Assembly (NCBI GenBank): GCA_041576165.1 | Contig: JBFGLM010000033.1 | Span: 1-53,289 of the forward strand | DNA length: 53,289 nucleotides | Origin: Acidimicrobiia bacterium | GTDB taxonomy: Bacteria > Actinomycetota > Acidimicrobiia > Spongiisociales > Spongiisociaceae | Direction of reading: 5' to 3' | Shown here: positions 51,711 through 53,289 of the stretch, in pieces | Layout: each line of letters starts with the position of its first letter | Position numbering within the stretch: the first letter of the stretch is position 1 | Program-made: the position numbers and the translations under genes | Notes under the pieces: model-generated | Database searches by the model: none | The model's input: only the letters and a program-made list of their open reading frames with translations | Told to the model about the DNA's origin: nothing

Positions 51711-53144
51711 TTGGCTGCAGCCACCAACAGCACTGCGGGGCTCACAGGCCTGGCCGCACGAACCCCCGATTCAGCAGCCCGGCGTCACTTGATCGCCGCA
51801 GTGGTCTTCCTAGCCGCAGGCGCGGGCTTCGTCGTGCTCGCCAGCATCAAGCTCGGCTTCCCCGGAGTCTTCGACCAGACCGCGTTCGCCGGCTACGCCC
51901 GGTTGCGCCCGATCGGGTTCAATCTGCTCGTGCACGGGTTCGGGTTCCTGTTCATCACCTCGGTTTCCTATTTCCTCCTGCCTCGTTTGACCGGGCGCCG
52001 CCTGCCCTTCGAGTGGGTCGCGAATCTGAACCTGTGGGCCGCAGTCGGCGTTGTGGCAGTGGGAGCTGGGCTGATCGCCATCGGCTGGAACTCAGGCAAT
52101 GACTTGGCCGAATTCGGCATAATCCTGGACATCCTGTTTTTTGTGGTGACCCTGGTCCCGGCCGCCATCGTGACCATTGCCGTCATCGACCGCCGCGAGA
52201 ACACCATTTATCCGTCACTCGCATTCCTGGCGGCCGCCCAACTGATCTATCCATGGCTGTACCTCATCGGAAACCTCTGGCGCTTGGAAGGGGCCGGAAC
52301 TCAGCTGCAAAACACCTTTATGGTGGGCGGGATTCTCACCGTGGCGCTGCCGGCCGCCGCAATCGCGGGCGTCTACTACGTGGTACCCAAAGCCAGCAAT
52401 CAGCCGCTCTACAGCCGCTCGCTGGCGATGGCGGGGTTCTGGACGCTCCTGTTCACCGGCCTGGCCAGCGGGCAGGCCCGATTCGTGGCCGGTCCCGCTG
52501 CCGATTGGGTGGACACGGTTGGAGCGGTGCTCTCGCTCGGGATCCTGGTGGCTGCGCTGACGGTCGCCGCCAACACGTGGTACACGCTGTCCGGTGCCTG
52601 GGATCGGGTGACGCCCTCGGCGGCATTACGACTCACGGTGACCGGCGTCGCCGCCCATGTCGTCGTGTCCGCTCTCTTTGCCGTGCAGGGCTTTCGGGCG
52701 GTGGCCGCGATCGTAGGGCTGACCGTCTGGTACGACACGCTGACCATCGCCACGTTGCTGGGAAGCATCGCGTTGCTGGCGGCCGGCTTCACCTACTACG
52801 CCTACCCCCGCATGGCCGGGCGGGCCGTCTACTCCGACTTCGTGGCCAACCGCCACCTCAAGTTGACCGTGTGGGGCATCGGTCTGGCCACCGCCATCGG
52901 AGTGATGACAAGCGTTGCCATGGGCATGACCTGGACATCGAATGTGATCAGCGGCGCAGCAGACAACTTCGGCGAGGGGTTTGTCTCGTCCATGGGCAAC
53001 ATCCGCACGCTGCTCAAGATCAACATCCTGCCGCTCCTGGCCGGAGCGCTCGGGACGGTCGTGTTCGCGATGAACTTCTACCGCACGATCACGTCGGGGC
53101 GCGTGACCACATCGGAGGTACTGACGGAGATCCCCGATGAGTGA
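51711..53144 (+). CDS. cbb3-type oxidase subunit I (CcoN) homologue lacking the metal-ligand histidines
   Basis: CcoN landmarks YARLRP, AE...DIL, YYVVPK...PLYS..L...FW, DW, TLSGAW; about 12 TM; intact ORF with AGGAG SD and TTG start. Confidence 0.82.
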   Translation: MAAATNSTAGLTGLAARTPDSAARRHLIAAVVFLAAGAGFVVLASIKLGFPGVFDQTAFAGYARLRPIGFNLLVHGFGFLFITSVSYFLLPRLTGRRLPFEWVANLNLWAAVGVVAVGAGLIAIGWNSGNDLAEFGIILDILFFVVTLVPAAIVTIAVIDRRENTIYPSLAFLAAAQLIYPWLYLIGNLWRLEGAGTQLQNTFMVGGILTVALPAAAIAGVYYVVPKASNQPLYSRSLAMAGFWTLLFTGLASGQARFVAGPAADWVDTVGAVLSLGILVAALTVAANTWYTLSGAWDRVTPSAALRLTVTGVAAHVVVSALFAVQGFRAVAAIVGLTVWYDTLTIATLLGSIALLAAGFTYYAYPRMAGRAVYSDFVANRHLKLTVWGIGLATAIGVMTSVAMGMTWTSNVISGAADNFGEGFVSSMGNIRTLLKINILPLLAGALGTVVFAMNFYRTITSGRVTTSEVLTEIPDE

Positions 53145-53289
53145 GCTCCTGGCGGCCGCCGCCCAGAAACTCGGTGCGCCCGAAGAGCTCGTCGAGCGCT
53201 CGGCCCGCGCCCGGGCTGAGGCCCAGGGGGTCGATGTCGACACCATCCTGTCCGCCTGGGCCGGCGGAGAAGCCGCCCCGGCCCCCGCA
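53137..53289 (+). CDS. Partial ORF coupled to the CcoN-like gene (runs off the window edge)
   Basis: Manual translation MSELLAAAAQKLGAPEELVERSARARAEAQGVDVDTILSAWAGGEAAPAPA; 8-bp overlap with the upstream gene. Confidence 0.7.
   Translation, partial: MSELLAAAAQKLGAPEELVERSARARAEAQGVDVDTILSAWAGGEAAPAPA

Noticed and set aside
51711-53144. Pseudogene, or functional cbb3 oxidase/NO reductase
   Set aside because: The ORF is intact and coupled to the next gene, so not a pseudogene; without His ligands it cannot be a canonical catalytic subunit

Overview
GC-rich bacterial chromosomal DNA; gene content and protein style suggest Actinomycetota, probably Acidimicrobiia (inference). It begins with a tRNA-Tyr/Thr/Met-tuf cluster, htpX and a secreted S8 protease. 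Most of the window is a ~44 kb respiratory supercluster. It holds an 11-subunit complex I operon lacking nuoEFG (followed by glgB and an NDUFAF7/MidA methyltransferase), an accessory block of quinone/redox genes, transporters and unknown membrane proteins, a complete 14-subunit nuoA-N operon, and a divergent rex. After rex comes a 7-gene b6-type Rieske/cytochrome b operon with a cytoplasmic 2[4Fe-4S] ferredoxin. Divergent from that is a CcoN (cbb3 subunit I) homologue that lacks all six metal-ligand histidines. Best leads: (1) this ligand-free pseudo-oxidase; (2) a short N-terminal domain shared by the cytochrome b subunit IV and the ORF after the pseudo-oxidase; (3) the match between MidA and the only NuoD that keeps its target Arg; (4) double-coupled micro-ORFs after both nuoD genes; (5) a tuf fragment with only G/T-ending codons. 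No CRISPR array, rRNA or transposase was seen. All calls are by-eye motif recognition; no searches were run.
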